Source of the DNA: Longimicrobiales bacterium | GTDB lineage: Bacteria > Gemmatimonadota > Gemmatimonadetes > Longimicrobiales > Gaopeijiaceae | Direction: 5' to 3' | Length of the DNA stretch: 64,000 bases | Assembly (NCBI GenBank): GCA_965197725.1 | Contig: CBDANQ010000017.1 | Span: 1-64,000 of the forward strand | In this document: positions 29,060-40,317 of the stretch, piece after piece | Layout: every line of letters starts with the position of its first letter | How positions within the stretch are numbered: position 1 is the first letter of the stretch | Made by a program: the position numbers and the translations under genes | Notes under the pieces: model-generated | What the model saw: the letters and a program-made list of their open reading frames with translations, nothing else | Told to the model about the DNA's origin: nothing | The model's database searches: none

Positions 29060-29920
29060 CTACGTCCCGCCCCCACCGAAGCGAGGCGCCGGCTCGGGCA
29101 TCCCGGAGCGCGCTACGGTAATCATCTCGCCTGGCTCGAAAGCTGTTCCCCGTGACTCGAAGAAGTGCGGCGTTACGCTGATCCGGTCGTCGAGTACTTC
29201 CACCACGTTAGTGCTATTCCGTCGCGTCTCCTCGCCCCTGCCCCGGCGGGACGTCGTGGTACCCGCCGTGATCAATGGGACACCGGAACCCTCTCCCGGG
29301 ATCAGGTCTCGCGACGATGCGACATGCGTCATGTGCAGATGGCCGCCTAGCACGAGGTCCACATCCATTGCCTCGATTTGCTTCAAGATGCGCTTGCCAC
29401 CCGGTATCGGTGCCACGCCATCCTTCCCCGGGGGGCTGATCAGAGGGTGGTGGATGACCAACACGCGCACGCCGCCAGGGCCAGCGTTCTCAAAATTCTT
29501 CCGAGCGAACGAGAGTTGTCCGGATGAGATGCGGCCGTTCACGATCGCCCGAAGAGGAGACGCCGAGTTCAGTCCGACGATCATCGCACCCGCGACACGC
29601 GCAACCGAGTCGCGATCGCGCGGGATCTCACGGCTCGAGTGCCAATACGGCAACAGTATCCGCTCCCAGACGCGGTACAACGGCACGTCGTGGTTGCCGA
29701 GCGTCACCACGAGCGGGACGGTGGGCAACCGTTGCAGGAATTCCCAGGCCGCCCGAAACTCACGTTGCCTGGCGCGTTGAGTCAGGTCCCCGGACACGAC
29801 GATGAGGTGCGGCTCCACTTCGAAGGCGAGCCGCCGAAACGCCTCGGCCGCCCTGGGCCGGAACGGTTTCCCGACCTGCAAGTCCGAAGCGTGCAGAATC
29901 TTCAGGGTGCTCGTTCTCAT
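29060..29920 (-). CDS. Calcineurin-like metallophosphoesterase
   Basis: SDLQ, SGDLT, GNHD, HHP, GGHLH. Confidence 0.9.
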   Translation of the reverse strand: MRTSTLKILHASDLQVGKPFRPRAAEAFRRLAFEVEPHLIVVSGDLTQRARQREFRAAWEFLQRLPTVPLVVTLGNHDVPLYRVWERILLPYWHSSREIPRDRDSVARVAGAMIVGLNSASPLRAIVNGRISSGQLSFARKNFENAGPGGVRVLVIHHPLISPPGKDGVAPIPGGKRILKQIEAMDVDLVLGGHLHMTHVASSRDLIPGEGSGVPLITAGTTTSRRGRGEETRRNSTNVVEVLDDRISVTPHFFESRGTAFEPGEMITVARSGMPEPAPRFGGGGT

Positions 29921-30765
29921 GACGCGGGAGCAGCCACGTGCTCACGCCGCACGCGAGTCATGCCGATGATTCCGGTCGCCACGATCGCCAGGCTGATGAG
30001 TTGAGCGAGTGTGAGTACTCCGAAGAAGCGGTCGTCCTTAGCCCGCAAGAACTCGACCAGGAAGCGCTCGACTCCCGCGAGCGCCAACCAGAGCATGAAA
30101 AGCCATCCGGCAGCACGACCGCCGCCGCGGATCTTCCAGAGGAAGAAGAAGATCAGCGCGCTGAGGCCGACCTCGTACAGCTGCGTCGGGTGTACGGGCA
30201 CGATCTGGCCGTACTTTTCGACCAACCCGGGGTCCACGGCAATGCCGAGGCGCTCGATGACGTCCACTCGCGTCGGCGGAGTTCCGCGCGGGAACGCGAT
30301 GCCGAGCCAAGAGTCGGTGGGACGGCCCCAGTCGTCTCCGACGAGGAAGCAGCCTATGCGCCCGACCGCATAGGCGAGCGCCAGCGCGGGCGCGATGACG
30401 TCCGCCGACCTCGGCAAGGACAGTTTCTGGCGCCTGATTTCCCAAATGACGAGGGCGGTCGCCAGCAGAAACCCCCCGTACCAGACCAGGCCACCGCGCG
30501 AGAGGAGCAACCCGGCCGGGTCGCTGGCAAGCCTCTCATGGTTGAGAAGCACATAGTAGAGCTTGGCGCCCGCGATGCCCCCCACGACACCCATGAACAC
30601 CAGGTCCCACGCCTTGTCCGGATCCTCGCCCATTTCGCGCAGGCCGGCGCGGATGACGTAGCCACCCGTGAGGAAGGCGAAAAGCATAAAGACCCCAAAC
30701 GAGGTGATCGCCTCACCGCCGAGCAGCGGGAACCAGTCCGGAAGATTGAATATGACGGGATACAT
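29917..30765 (-). CDS. lgt: Prolipoprotein diacylglyceryl transferase
   Basis: GGLVWYGG, GRIGCFL..DDWG, HPTQLYE, RFLVEFLR. Confidence 0.93.
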   Translation of the reverse strand: MYPVIFNLPDWFPLLGGEAITSFGVFMLFAFLTGGYVIRAGLREMGEDPDKAWDLVFMGVVGGIAGAKLYYVLLNHERLASDPAGLLLSRGGLVWYGGFLLATALVIWEIRRQKLSLPRSADVIAPALALAYAVGRIGCFLVGDDWGRPTDSWLGIAFPRGTPPTRVDVIERLGIAVDPGLVEKYGQIVPVHPTQLYEVGLSALIFFFLWKIRGGGRAAGWLFMLWLALAGVERFLVEFLRAKDDRFFGVLTLAQLISLAIVATGIIGMTRVRREHVAAPAS

Positions 30766-30822
30766 GTGCCTAACGTGGCGGGACGGAATGTCGACCGGAA
30801 CAGGCTAGCCGCCAGTAGCCAC

Positions 30823-31884
30823 TCACGCGACACCCCGCGCAAGGCCGGGGAAAACAAAGCCCGCCGAAGCCGACAGATCGCGGGGCGCCGCGCCACCCTC
30901 GTCGAAGCGGAACCGGGCGGCGCGGGCTACCATGGCGCCGTTGTCCGCCGAGAGTCTTGGAGACGCGAAGAAGAGCCGTCCCTCCCCCTCGAGCCTCAGT
31001 TCGAGTTCGTCGCGCAGGCGCTGGTTGGCGCTCACACCTCCACCGATCAGCACGCGACGGCAACCTGTCTCAGCCACCGCGCGCAAAGTCTTCGTGGCGA
31101 GCACATCGATCGCGGCCTCCTGGAACGCCGCTGCAACGTGCGGTCTTTGAGGCCCGAGCACGCCATCAGCGTTCAGACCACGGACGAGCTCGACTGTCGC
31201 GGTCTTCAGACCACTGAACGAGAAATCGTAATAACCGGGATCCCCAGGTCGTTGGTTACGACGCACCATGGGCCGCGGCAGTCGGTGCCGTGTGCGCTCA
31301 GCTGCCTCAGCCAAGCGCTGGATCTCCGGGCCGCCGGGATAGGGGAGATCGAGCAGCTTCGCGACCTTGTCGAACGCCTCGCCCGCGGCGTCGTCGCGGG
31401 TCTCGCCCAGCAGAACGTACTCTCCCCAGGCCAGGACATGGAGCAGCATCGTATGTCCACCCGACACCAGAAGCGCGATGAAGGGAGGCTCCGCGCGCGG
31501 GTCCTCGAGCGAGGGAGCGAACAGGTGCGCCTCCATGTGGTGAACCGCAACGAACGGGCGACCCAGCGCGAACGCAACGGCCTTCGCCCAACAGACCCCG
31601 ACGAGCAGCGCGCCGATCAATCCCGGGCCAGCCGTCGCCCCGATGAGGTCGACACGGTCTAGGGTCATCCCCGCCCGCGAGAGCGTCTCGTCCACGACAG
31701 AGTCGATCTTCTGCAGGTGGGCTCTGGCAGCGAGCTCCGGTATGACACCGCCATAAATCTCGTGATCGTCCTGCGACAGAATGACGTGGCCGAGGATGCG
31801 GTTGTCGCCATCGAGCACCGCCGCTGCGGTCTCATCGCACGACGTCTCGAGCCCCAGCACATAAGGCGCTCGCGGCTCGCTCAT
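30823..31884 (-). CDS. tsaD: tRNA N6-threonylcarbamoyltransferase
   Basis: LGLETSCDET, HHMEAH, VSGGHT, DDAAGEAFDK, FSFSGLKT, DNGAM. Confidence 0.97.
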   Translation of the reverse strand: MSEPRAPYVLGLETSCDETAAAVLDGDNRILGHVILSQDDHEIYGGVIPELAARAHLQKIDSVVDETLSRAGMTLDRVDLIGATAGPGLIGALLVGVCWAKAVAFALGRPFVAVHHMEAHLFAPSLEDPRAEPPFIALLVSGGHTMLLHVLAWGEYVLLGETRDDAAGEAFDKVAKLLDLPYPGGPEIQRLAEAAERTRHRLPRPMVRRNQRPGDPGYYDFSFSGLKTATVELVRGLNADGVLGPQRPHVAAAFQEAAIDVLATKTLRAVAETGCRRVLIGGGVSANQRLRDELELRLEGEGRLFFASPRLSADNGAMVARAARFRFDEGGAAPRDLSASAGFVFPGLARGVA

Positions 31885-32861
31885 CTTCCGTCCCTTGCGC
31901 CACCCACGTCCTGGTCCGCCGCTCTACGCACGGTGACGATGTCGGGCTCCGGCACGGCGGTGACGAGTTCCGGCACGCCTTCGAGGCGGACTCGCACTTG
32001 CCTCTCTTCGCCCTGGGCCATTCCCTGCAGCTTCTCGGGCCGCACCCAGATACGCACAAGGTTAGGGTCGAGAGCGGTGACCAGCGTTCGCGCTCCGGTG
32101 AGCTGGACCGCGATGGCGAGCGGATCGACGATCAGCTCGGCCCCGACGCCTTCGGCGTCCACCCGGACCAGCAGCGCTGGCAGAGTCCGCACGACCTGGT
32201 CTTCGACGCGAACGGTGAGCGTGGGTGTCGCGGGGACCACGATCGCGCCCACGAATCCGGTGGTGTCGATCTGCACGTTGAAGATCCCGGACTGCTCCAC
32301 CGACTGCAGGTCGAACGGCACGAGCGGCACCGAGTCCAGCCCAGCCAATCGGCTGGCCGCACCCCGGATACGCACGGAGCTCGGGCTCAACACGAGCTGG
32401 GACGCCAGCGCCAGGTGACTCGGCACTTCGCCTCGTACGCGCAGGGCTAGGGGAAGCGTCACCGTGATGGCCGGCTCGAGCGACACCCTGATGTTGGCAG
32501 GCGAGACCGACACGACCGTGAGCCCGGTTCCCTCCCCGAGCCCGACCCATTCGCGGCGCAGCGAAATGACCGTGTCGGGAGAGCCCACCGACTCGAGGGG
32601 GACGCGTAAGGTGGTGCGGGCTCGAGCGAGTCGGAAGATCTCACGAGCGGGGCCCCCGAGTCGCAGTTCCGCCACCGCGGGGGTCGGAGGACCGGCCAGG
32701 GTCCAGGCGCTGTCTGCGACCTCGACCAGAATCGGGATCGAAGAGAACGTCTCACTGTTACGGGGCTCGGTCTGCACCAGCCACCATAGGAAGATCGCGA
32801 GCCCCAGAGCGGACAGCTTCAGGCGCCAGTTGTAGAGCACGGCACCGGCTGCGCGAGCCAT
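31881..32861 (-). CDS. YbbR/CdaR-like repeat protein
   Basis: NWRLKLSALGLAIFLWWLV N-terminus followed by beta-rich repeats (PSSVRIRG, VQLTG). Confidence 0.8.
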   Translation of the reverse strand: MARAAGAVLYNWRLKLSALGLAIFLWWLVQTEPRNSETFSSIPILVEVADSAWTLAGPPTPAVAELRLGGPAREIFRLARARTTLRVPLESVGSPDTVISLRREWVGLGEGTGLTVVSVSPANIRVSLEPAITVTLPLALRVRGEVPSHLALASQLVLSPSSVRIRGAASRLAGLDSVPLVPFDLQSVEQSGIFNVQIDTTGFVGAIVVPATPTLTVRVEDQVVRTLPALLVRVDAEGVGAELIVDPLAIAVQLTGARTLVTALDPNLVRIWVRPEKLQGMAQGEERQVRVRLEGVPELVTAVPEPDIVTVRRAADQDVGGARDGR

Positions 32862-32870
32862 CGGTGGCGG

Positions 32871-33428
32871 CTAACTGCCAAGGAGCCGGCGGATGAGCTC
32901 CTCGTTCACAGGGGCATCCCACTCGGTCGGCCCCGCGATCTTCTTCACGATCATGCCTTGCCTGTCGATCACGAAGCTCTCGGGTACACCCGTTGTCTGA
33001 TAGACTCGCTGGATGTCACCCGCAGGGTTGTGGAGGATCGGGAACGTGAGCCCAAGGTCTCGGGCGAAGGCCTCCAGATCCCCCCCGGGCCGCCCCGCCA
33101 GATCCGTCTCGCCGATGCGGGCATCGACACTCACCGCGAGAATCTCGAAGTCGGTGCCCTCCAGAGCCTCGTAGAGGCGCTGCATTGCCGGCATCTCTTG
33201 TAGGCAGGGACCGCACCAAGTCGCCCACAGGTTCAACAGCACGACCTTGCCGCGGTACTGCTCAACGGTCTCGGTCGATCCATCCATGGCCGTCATTGCG
33301 AAGTCCGGCGCCACGGAGCCCGTGATGACGGGCCGATAACTCTCCCGACCCGCCCACGCCGCAGTCACCACGGCGGCAACCCCGAGCAGGGCCCAGAGAT
33401 ACGGCGAGCGAACAAAACTGCGCTTCAT
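32871..33428 (-). CDS. TlpA/ResA-like thiol-disulfide oxidoreductase
   Basis: LNLWATWCGPCLQEMP and GVPESFVIDRQG. Confidence 0.92.
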   Translation of the reverse strand: MKRSFVRSPYLWALLGVAAVVTAAWAGRESYRPVITGSVAPDFAMTAMDGSTETVEQYRGKVVLLNLWATWCGPCLQEMPAMQRLYEALEGTDFEILAVSVDARIGETDLAGRPGGDLEAFARDLGLTFPILHNPAGDIQRVYQTTGVPESFVIDRQGMIVKKIAGPTEWDAPVNEELIRRLLGS

Positions 33429-33504
33429 CAGACGTCTCGGAAAGCCTTGTGGGACAACGGTTCACCGACCCTCACGGGGCCTCGAATGCTACGGTCCAAG
33501 GGAG

Positions 33505-34338
33505 TCAATGTTCCGTCTGCCTCCCCCGCCGTCCAACGGACAGTTGAACTTCGGATCCACGCTCAAGTTCGATGTCCACCGCAGGTTCCTGCTCCACCAC
33601 GATGCCTTGGTCACGGCCGAACCGGAAGACCTCCTGCACATCGGACACCACAAGCCCGAGAGAATCGAGCAGCTGCACGGCTTCTTCCTCCGCCAGCCCG
33701 AGCACGAGAGGCATCGGAACGAGCGGTGTGCCCGTGCTGACGACCATGCGGATTCCGGCCGGCAACGCCACGATGGTATCCGCGGGCGGAAAGATCTCCA
33801 CGACGCGTCCGCGCGGTACCTCGGACTGCGCGGTATCGATCAAGACCACAAAACCACTGCTCTCCAAAACGATGCGGGCACGGTCCTCGTCGAGCATCGT
33901 TACGTCCGGCACCGACCGCATCTGCGGGCCGAGGCTGACGGTAACACGCACGGGGCTGTCGGGTGTCGCGACCTGCCCTGGAAGCGGCGACTGGCCGACG
34001 ATCAGTGCCCGGGGGACGACGGGGTGCAACAGAGAGTCGATCGCACCCAACCGGAGCCCCGCGCCCGCGAGCCGCTCGCGGGCGCTCGCGAGCCCGAGGT
34101 TACGGATATCCGGGACCTCGAACAGGTCGCCCGGCGGGGGAGGCGCGGGAAAGAGCAGTTGGGTAGAGATCACGTATCCGCCTATCCAACCGAGAATCGC
34201 TAGACCCCCGAGCGCGGCGAACAAACGCGAACCGACTTCAGGGGAACGCCAGCCGCGCTTCTTCGACTTAGCGGCAGCCCGCGAGGGACGTCTACCCCGC
34301 CCACCGCGCCGCCGAGCGAGCGAGCCGCCGAGCCTCAT
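33505..34338 (-). CDS. Membrane-anchored protein with three PASTA domains and no kinase domain
   Basis: Basic N-terminus and a TM helix, then VPDIRNL / VPDVTML / MPLVLGL repeats with QSP, QEP and VSLG. Confidence 0.88.
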   Translation of the reverse strand: MRLGGSLARRRGGRGRRPSRAAAKSKKRGWRSPEVGSRLFAALGGLAILGWIGGYVISTQLLFPAPPPPGDLFEVPDIRNLGLASARERLAGAGLRLGAIDSLLHPVVPRALIVGQSPLPGQVATPDSPVRVTVSLGPQMRSVPDVTMLDEDRARIVLESSGFVVLIDTAQSEVPRGRVVEIFPPADTIVALPAGIRMVVSTGTPLVPMPLVLGLAEEEAVQLLDSLGLVVSDVQEVFRFGRDQGIVVEQEPAVDIELERGSEVQLSVGRRGRQTEH

Positions 34339-35642
34339 GTGCTCCTCCTCAGGCGAGCTGCGAAGGCCCCGTCGAAGCCCGTCTCGTGGGGGTTCACGAC
34401 CAGCCTCCCCCGATCATCGAGGAAGTGGGCGTGCACGGCTTCTGTGGCCTCGACATGGAAGTCGCCGTTTTCGACCAGGAAGGCATCGATCTGCTCTTCA
34501 TTCTCTTCCGGCTCGAGCGCACACGTCGAGTATACCAGGAGTCCGCCTGGCGAGACGATCCGGCCTGCCGCCCCCAGCAGCTCCGCCTGCAAAGCGGCGA
34601 GTTCCCGCACGGACGATGGCGTCAGGCGCCAACGGGCGTCGGGGTGCCTGGCGAAGGTCCCTGTCCCCGTGCACGGCACGTCGAGAAGCACCACGTCGGC
34701 ACGCGTGATGGGCGGGTGCCGAGCATCCGCGACCACGCAACCCAGACGCTGTCCCGTCCTGTGCATGTTCTCCCGAATCATACGCATGCGTGATTCCGAG
34801 CGGTCGGCGGCCAGTGTGAAAGAGGCGCGCCCCGCGACTGCGAGCGCCTTGCCGCCGGGGGCAGCACAAAGATCTGCAACCTTCGTGCCCGCCCCCACAT
34901 CGGCATACTTGCTGACCAGACGCGCCGCAGGGTCTTGCACGATCGACCGGGGCAGCGCCCGGAGTGCGGCGAGGGGACTCGGTCCGGGTTCGAGCTCCAC
35001 GCAGTCGGTCCCAAGACCCACCTCCGTAGCCTCGATGCCCGCTTCGGCGAGTCGGGCCACGGCCTCCGGCGCCGGATGCTCCAGCGGCACCAGATAGAGC
35101 GCTCGCCGGGCGTTGTTGGCCGTGACGAGAGCCTCCACAACGGGAGCCGGCCAGCGGGCGAGCCAGCGGTCGACGAGCCAGCGGGGATGGGACCCCCATG
35201 TAGCGAGGTAGTCGGCGCGCGCCGTCCCTGGGTCAGGGAAAAGCTCGGCCCCGTCTCCGGCGTCGGCCACGCAGCGCAGCACGGCGTTGACCAGGCCGCC
35301 AGCCCCCTTCCCCGCGACTGCGCCCGCGTGATCCACCGACTCGGACACCGCGGCGTACGGCGGTACCGATCCCATGTAGAGGAGTTGATAGGCTCCTAGG
35401 CGCAGCACCTCAAGCACCCTCGGGTCGAGCGAGTCGACGCCGCGATGCACACAGCGAGACACCAACTGATCGATCCGGCCGCGCAGCCGCGTGACCCCGT
35501 ACGAGAGTTCGTGTGCGAACCCTCGGTCCTTCGGCTCGAGTTCGGAGACCGTCGCGGCGAGCGCGACGTCGAGCCGACGTCCGCGCTCGACCTGTTCTCT
35601 GATTCGGAACGCCGCGAGGCGCCCGGGACCAAGAGAGGTCAG
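34335..35642 (-). CDS. rsmB: 16S rRNA m5C967 methyltransferase, probable CTG start
   Basis: NusB-like DRGFAHELSYGVTR and LRLGAYQL, then SHPRWL, DLCAAPGGK, DVPCTGTG, YSTCAL. The frame is open 59 codons upstream of the first TTG (35465). Confidence 0.92.
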   Translation of the reverse strand: MTSLGPGRLAAFRIREQVERGRRLDVALAATVSELEPKDRGFAHELSYGVTRLRGRIDQLVSRCVHRGVDSLDPRVLEVLRLGAYQLLYMGSVPPYAAVSESVDHAGAVAGKGAGGLVNAVLRCVADAGDGAELFPDPGTARADYLATWGSHPRWLVDRWLARWPAPVVEALVTANNARRALYLVPLEHPAPEAVARLAEAGIEATEVGLGTDCVELEPGPSPLAALRALPRSIVQDPAARLVSKYADVGAGTKVADLCAAPGGKALAVAGRASFTLAADRSESRMRMIRENMHRTGQRLGCVVADARHPPITRADVVLLDVPCTGTGTFARHPDARWRLTPSSVRELAALQAELLGAAGRIVSPGGLLVYSTCALEPEENEEQIDAFLVENGDFHVEATEAVHAHFLDDRGRLVVNPHETGFDGAFAARLRRST

Positions 35643-36427
35643 TCGAGCATCCCCCTCGTGGGCGACGACGGAACGGCGATCTCCCGGGATGGCATTCGCC
35701 CCGCCAGGAACGCCAGACGACCCGCGGCAACAGCGTGCCGCATCGCGTGGGACATGCGCACCGGATCGTCCGCAGCCGCCAGCGCGGTGTTCATGAGCAC
35801 ACCGTCAACGCCCTGCTCCATCGTCACGCATGCGTCGGACGCGGTTCCGACGCCCGCATCGACGATCACGGGCGCCTCGAGCCGCCGCTTGATCTCGCGA
35901 ATGAAATACGGGTTCACAACGCCGAGCCCACTTCCAATCGGGCTGGCAAGCGGCATGACCGCGACGCAGCCGGCGTCCTCGAGGCGGAGCGCGGTGATGA
36001 GGTCATCATTCGTATACGCCATCACCTTGAACCCCTCTTCAGCGAGGGTCTTTGCGGCTTCGAGCGTCGCCTGCACATCGGGCAGCAACGTCGTCTCGTC
36101 GCCGATCACTTCGAGCTTTACGAACTCGTTGAAGCCCGCTGCTCGGGCCAGACGAGCGTACCGAATGGCGTCTTCGGCCGTATAACATCCAGCTGTATTG
36201 GCGAGCAGGAAGAACTCATCGGGGCTTAGGTGGTGGAGAATCGCCTCTTCCTTCGTGCGGTCGAGGTCGACCCGGCGCACGGCGACCGTCACCATCTCGG
36301 CGCCGCTCGCCCTGATGGCCTCCACCATGACATCGTTGCTCTCATACTTGCCGGTGCCGACGATCAGCCGGGACGTGAACTCCAGGCCACCGATGTCGAG
36401 GGGGCCGTCCAGGGCTCGCGTGGCCAT
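35639..36427 (-). CDS. thiG: Thiazole synthase
   Basis: SRLIVGTGKY, NTAGC, KLEVIGD, MPLASPIGSG, DAGVG. Confidence 0.97.
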   Translation of the reverse strand: MATRALDGPLDIGGLEFTSRLIVGTGKYESNDVMVEAIRASGAEMVTVAVRRVDLDRTKEEAILHHLSPDEFFLLANTAGCYTAEDAIRYARLARAAGFNEFVKLEVIGDETTLLPDVQATLEAAKTLAEEGFKVMAYTNDDLITALRLEDAGCVAVMPLASPIGSGLGVVNPYFIREIKRRLEAPVIVDAGVGTASDACVTMEQGVDGVLMNTALAAADDPVRMSHAMRHAVAAGRLAFLAGRMPSREIAVPSSPTRGMLD

Positions 36428-36433
36428 GTTGGC

Positions 36434-36652
36434 CTAGCCCCCGCCCACGAAGTGCACGAGCTCGATCGTGTCACCTTCGCGGACCTGGTGTTCGTCGTAC
36501 GCGTCGCGGCCCAGAATCTCCTTGTTGAGCTCCACGACAACCATTCCGGGGTGCAGCTCGAGCGACTCGATTAGCGTGTGGACCGTTTGCCCTGGCTCGA
36601 TGTCGTGATCCTTGCCGTTCAATCGCACCTGAATCGTGTGGGTCGCGCTCAC
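36434..36652 (-). CDS. thiS: Sulfur carrier protein
   Basis: Ubiquitin-like, VELN, ends in VHFVGGG. Confidence 0.95.
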   Translation of the reverse strand: MSATHTIQVRLNGKDHDIEPGQTVHTLIESLELHPGMVVVELNKEILGRDAYDEHQVREGDTIELVHFVGGG

Positions 36653-37281
36653 GTCAAATCTCCTAGAACGGAAAGATACTCGCCCACCGCCCGGGCAGGA
36701 TCGTCCGCGCCCCAGATACCGCGGATCACCGCCACTCCGTGCCCCCCCGCGTGCAGCACTGTCGAAACGCGGTCAGGGGTCACACCTCCAATGCCCAAGA
36801 GCGACAGCCCCTTGGCGACCTCTGCCACCTCGGTGAGCGAAGCGGGGCCACCCCCTGCGTACCCCTGATGGGTCGGCGTCGGATAGAGTGTACCCACGAA
36901 GGCGTAATCCGCACCGTCTTGGCTGGCCTCGATAGCTTCTCGTGCGTCGTGCACGGAGATCCCGACGGGGACGGCCGAACCGACGAGCGCCCGAGTTTGG
37001 GCCACGGAGAGTGACCGACGGCCGAGATGCACACCAGCCGCCCCGGTTGTGAGCGCGACGTCGACACGGTCGTTGACGAAGACGCGGGCGCCTGACTCGT
37101 CGAGCGTGACCAGCTCACGAACCAATTCGTGGAGCCTTCGCCCATCTGTCCTCGGACCACGCACGTGAAGAGCCAACGCGTCGCCACCTGCCTCCAGCAG
37201 AGCCCACGCGACATCCAGGAAGTCGGTTCTGGTCAGCACCAGGTCGTCCGTGACGACGTGGAGCCGTGGCACGCCAATCAC
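36649..37281 (-). CDS. thiE: Thiamine-phosphate synthase or TenI-like
   Basis: VNDRVDVA, GVHLG, SVH, YPTPTH, GIGG, GVAVIRGI. The HVR and TPTH variants leave TenI possible. Confidence 0.78.
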   Translation of the reverse strand: MIGVPRLHVVTDDLVLTRTDFLDVAWALLEAGGDALALHVRGPRTDGRRLHELVRELVTLDESGARVFVNDRVDVALTTGAAGVHLGRRSLSVAQTRALVGSAVPVGISVHDAREAIEASQDGADYAFVGTLYPTPTHQGYAGGGPASLTEVAEVAKGLSLLGIGGVTPDRVSTVLHAGGHGVAVIRGIWGADDPARAVGEYLSVLGDLT

Positions 37282-38219
37282 TCGAAGCGCTGTCCCTGTT
37301 CGACCCCACGCCCGTTGATCCAGTCACGCGCCTGCATCCGCCGTTTCCCTGGAGGTTGAACCTCGGTTATCAGAACACCTCCGTCCGGCGTCGCGACCAG
37401 GACACCCTGGGCCGGATCAACGGCGAGCACCGTGCCCGGCTCGAGCGGCGGCGCTACGACGCGATGCGGAACCGTGCGCGGCCGGAAGAGCTTCACGTTG
37501 CGGCCCCCCAGCATTGACCACGCTCCGGGCACCGCGTCCATCGCGCGGACGTGCCGCACAACGTCCGTAGCGGGCCGATTCCAATCGACGCGTGCGACGT
37601 TCCTGTCGATCTTGGGCGCGAACGTGGCCGCCTCATCGTTCTGCTCGACCTCTTGTGCACCGCCCGCGCTCAGCAGCGTGAGCGCCTCGAGCAGAGCCTT
37701 CGCACCTGACTCTGAGAGTCGTACAGAAAGCTCCGAAGCGGTCTCATCCTCAAGGATTGGTTCCTTGACCTGATGGATGATCGCGCCCGCGTCCATCGCG
37801 GCGACCATGCGCATGATCGTCACGCCGGTCTCTCGGTATCCCCTCGCGATCGCCCAATTGATGGGCGCCGCACCGCGCAGTGCCGGTAGCAGAGACGCGT
37901 GCACGTTGATCGAGCCCAGTGGCGGGAGGTCGAGCACCTCGGGTCTGAGGATGTGGCCGTACGCCACCACGACGGACATGTCCGGAGCAAGCGCGCCAAT
38001 GGATTTCAAGAACTCCTCGCCTCGCGGTCGTTCAGGTGTGAGGACTTGGAGACCGTGCTCGAACGCGACCTGTTTCAGCGCCGAAGGCTGAAGCCTGCGC
38101 CCCCGGCCCGCCGGGCGATCCGGCTGAGTCACGACGCCGACCACCTCAAGCCCCTCGTTGTGCAAGGCGCGCAGAGACGGCACCGCGAACGCTGATGTGC
38201 CCCAGAAGAGAATGCGCAT
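37278..38219 (-). CDS. fmt: Methionyl-tRNA formyltransferase
   Basis: VVTQPDRPAGRG, INVHASLLPALRGAAPI, MDAG. Confidence 0.96.
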   Translation of the reverse strand: MRILFWGTSAFAVPSLRALHNEGLEVVGVVTQPDRPAGRGRRLQPSALKQVAFEHGLQVLTPERPRGEEFLKSIGALAPDMSVVVAYGHILRPEVLDLPPLGSINVHASLLPALRGAAPINWAIARGYRETGVTIMRMVAAMDAGAIIHQVKEPILEDETASELSVRLSESGAKALLEALTLLSAGGAQEVEQNDEAATFAPKIDRNVARVDWNRPATDVVRHVRAMDAVPGAWSMLGGRNVKLFRPRTVPHRVVAPPLEPGTVLAVDPAQGVLVATPDGGVLITEVQPPGKRRMQARDWINGRGVEQGQRFE

Positions 38220-38242
38220 GGACGGCTGGCTCGTCCGGTATC

Positions 38243-38758
38243 TCACGACTCGGCCTCAGCCCGCAGCTTCTTCCACTTTTTCATGAGCATGCGCCGCTTG
38301 AGCGCGCTGACGCGGTCCACGAAGAGGATGCCGTCGAGATGATCGATTTCGTGCTGCAACGCACGGGCGAGGAGGTCCTCGGCCTCGACCCTGATGGGTA
38401 GACCATCCGGGTCCACTCCCTCGACGTGAACGTCGGAGGCGCGCTCCACGACTTCCTCGAGGCCCGGGATGCTGAGACACCCCTCCGCTGACTTGTCCGT
38501 CTCCTCGCTGTGCCAAACGACGCGCGGGTTGATCAGCGCCAGGCGCACGTCTGGCTCCTCGTCCCTGCGCAGGTCGATCACGATGACCCGCTTGGAGATC
38601 CCGATCTGAGGCGCCGCGAGCCCGACGCCCTCCGCGTGATACATGCTCTCGTACAGGTCCCGCACAAGAGTCAGGAGGTCGCGATCGAAGTCCGTGACCT
38701 CCAGGGCCTCCTCCCGGAGTACGGGGTCGCCCATCAACACGATCTCACGTACCGCCAT
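38243..38758 (-). CDS. def: Peptide deformylase
   Basis: GVGLAAPQ, EGCLS, QHEIDH. Confidence 0.97.
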   Translation of the reverse strand: MAVREIVLMGDPVLREEALEVTDFDRDLLTLVRDLYESMYHAEGVGLAAPQIGISKRVIVIDLRRDEEPDVRLALINPRVVWHSEETDKSAEGCLSIPGLEEVVERASDVHVEGVDPDGLPIRVEAEDLLARALQHEIDHLDGILFVDRVSALKRRMLMKKWKKLRAEAES

Positions 38759-38777
38759 CGGTCCCGCTCTGCCCTCC

Positions 38778-40309
<1,532 letters not shown>

Positions 40310-40317
40310 TCACACGC

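Noticed and set aside
19064..31662. Long antisense ORFs over uvrA, tamB, tamA, lgt and tsaD
   Set aside because: Expected stop-poor reverse frames of high-GC genes.
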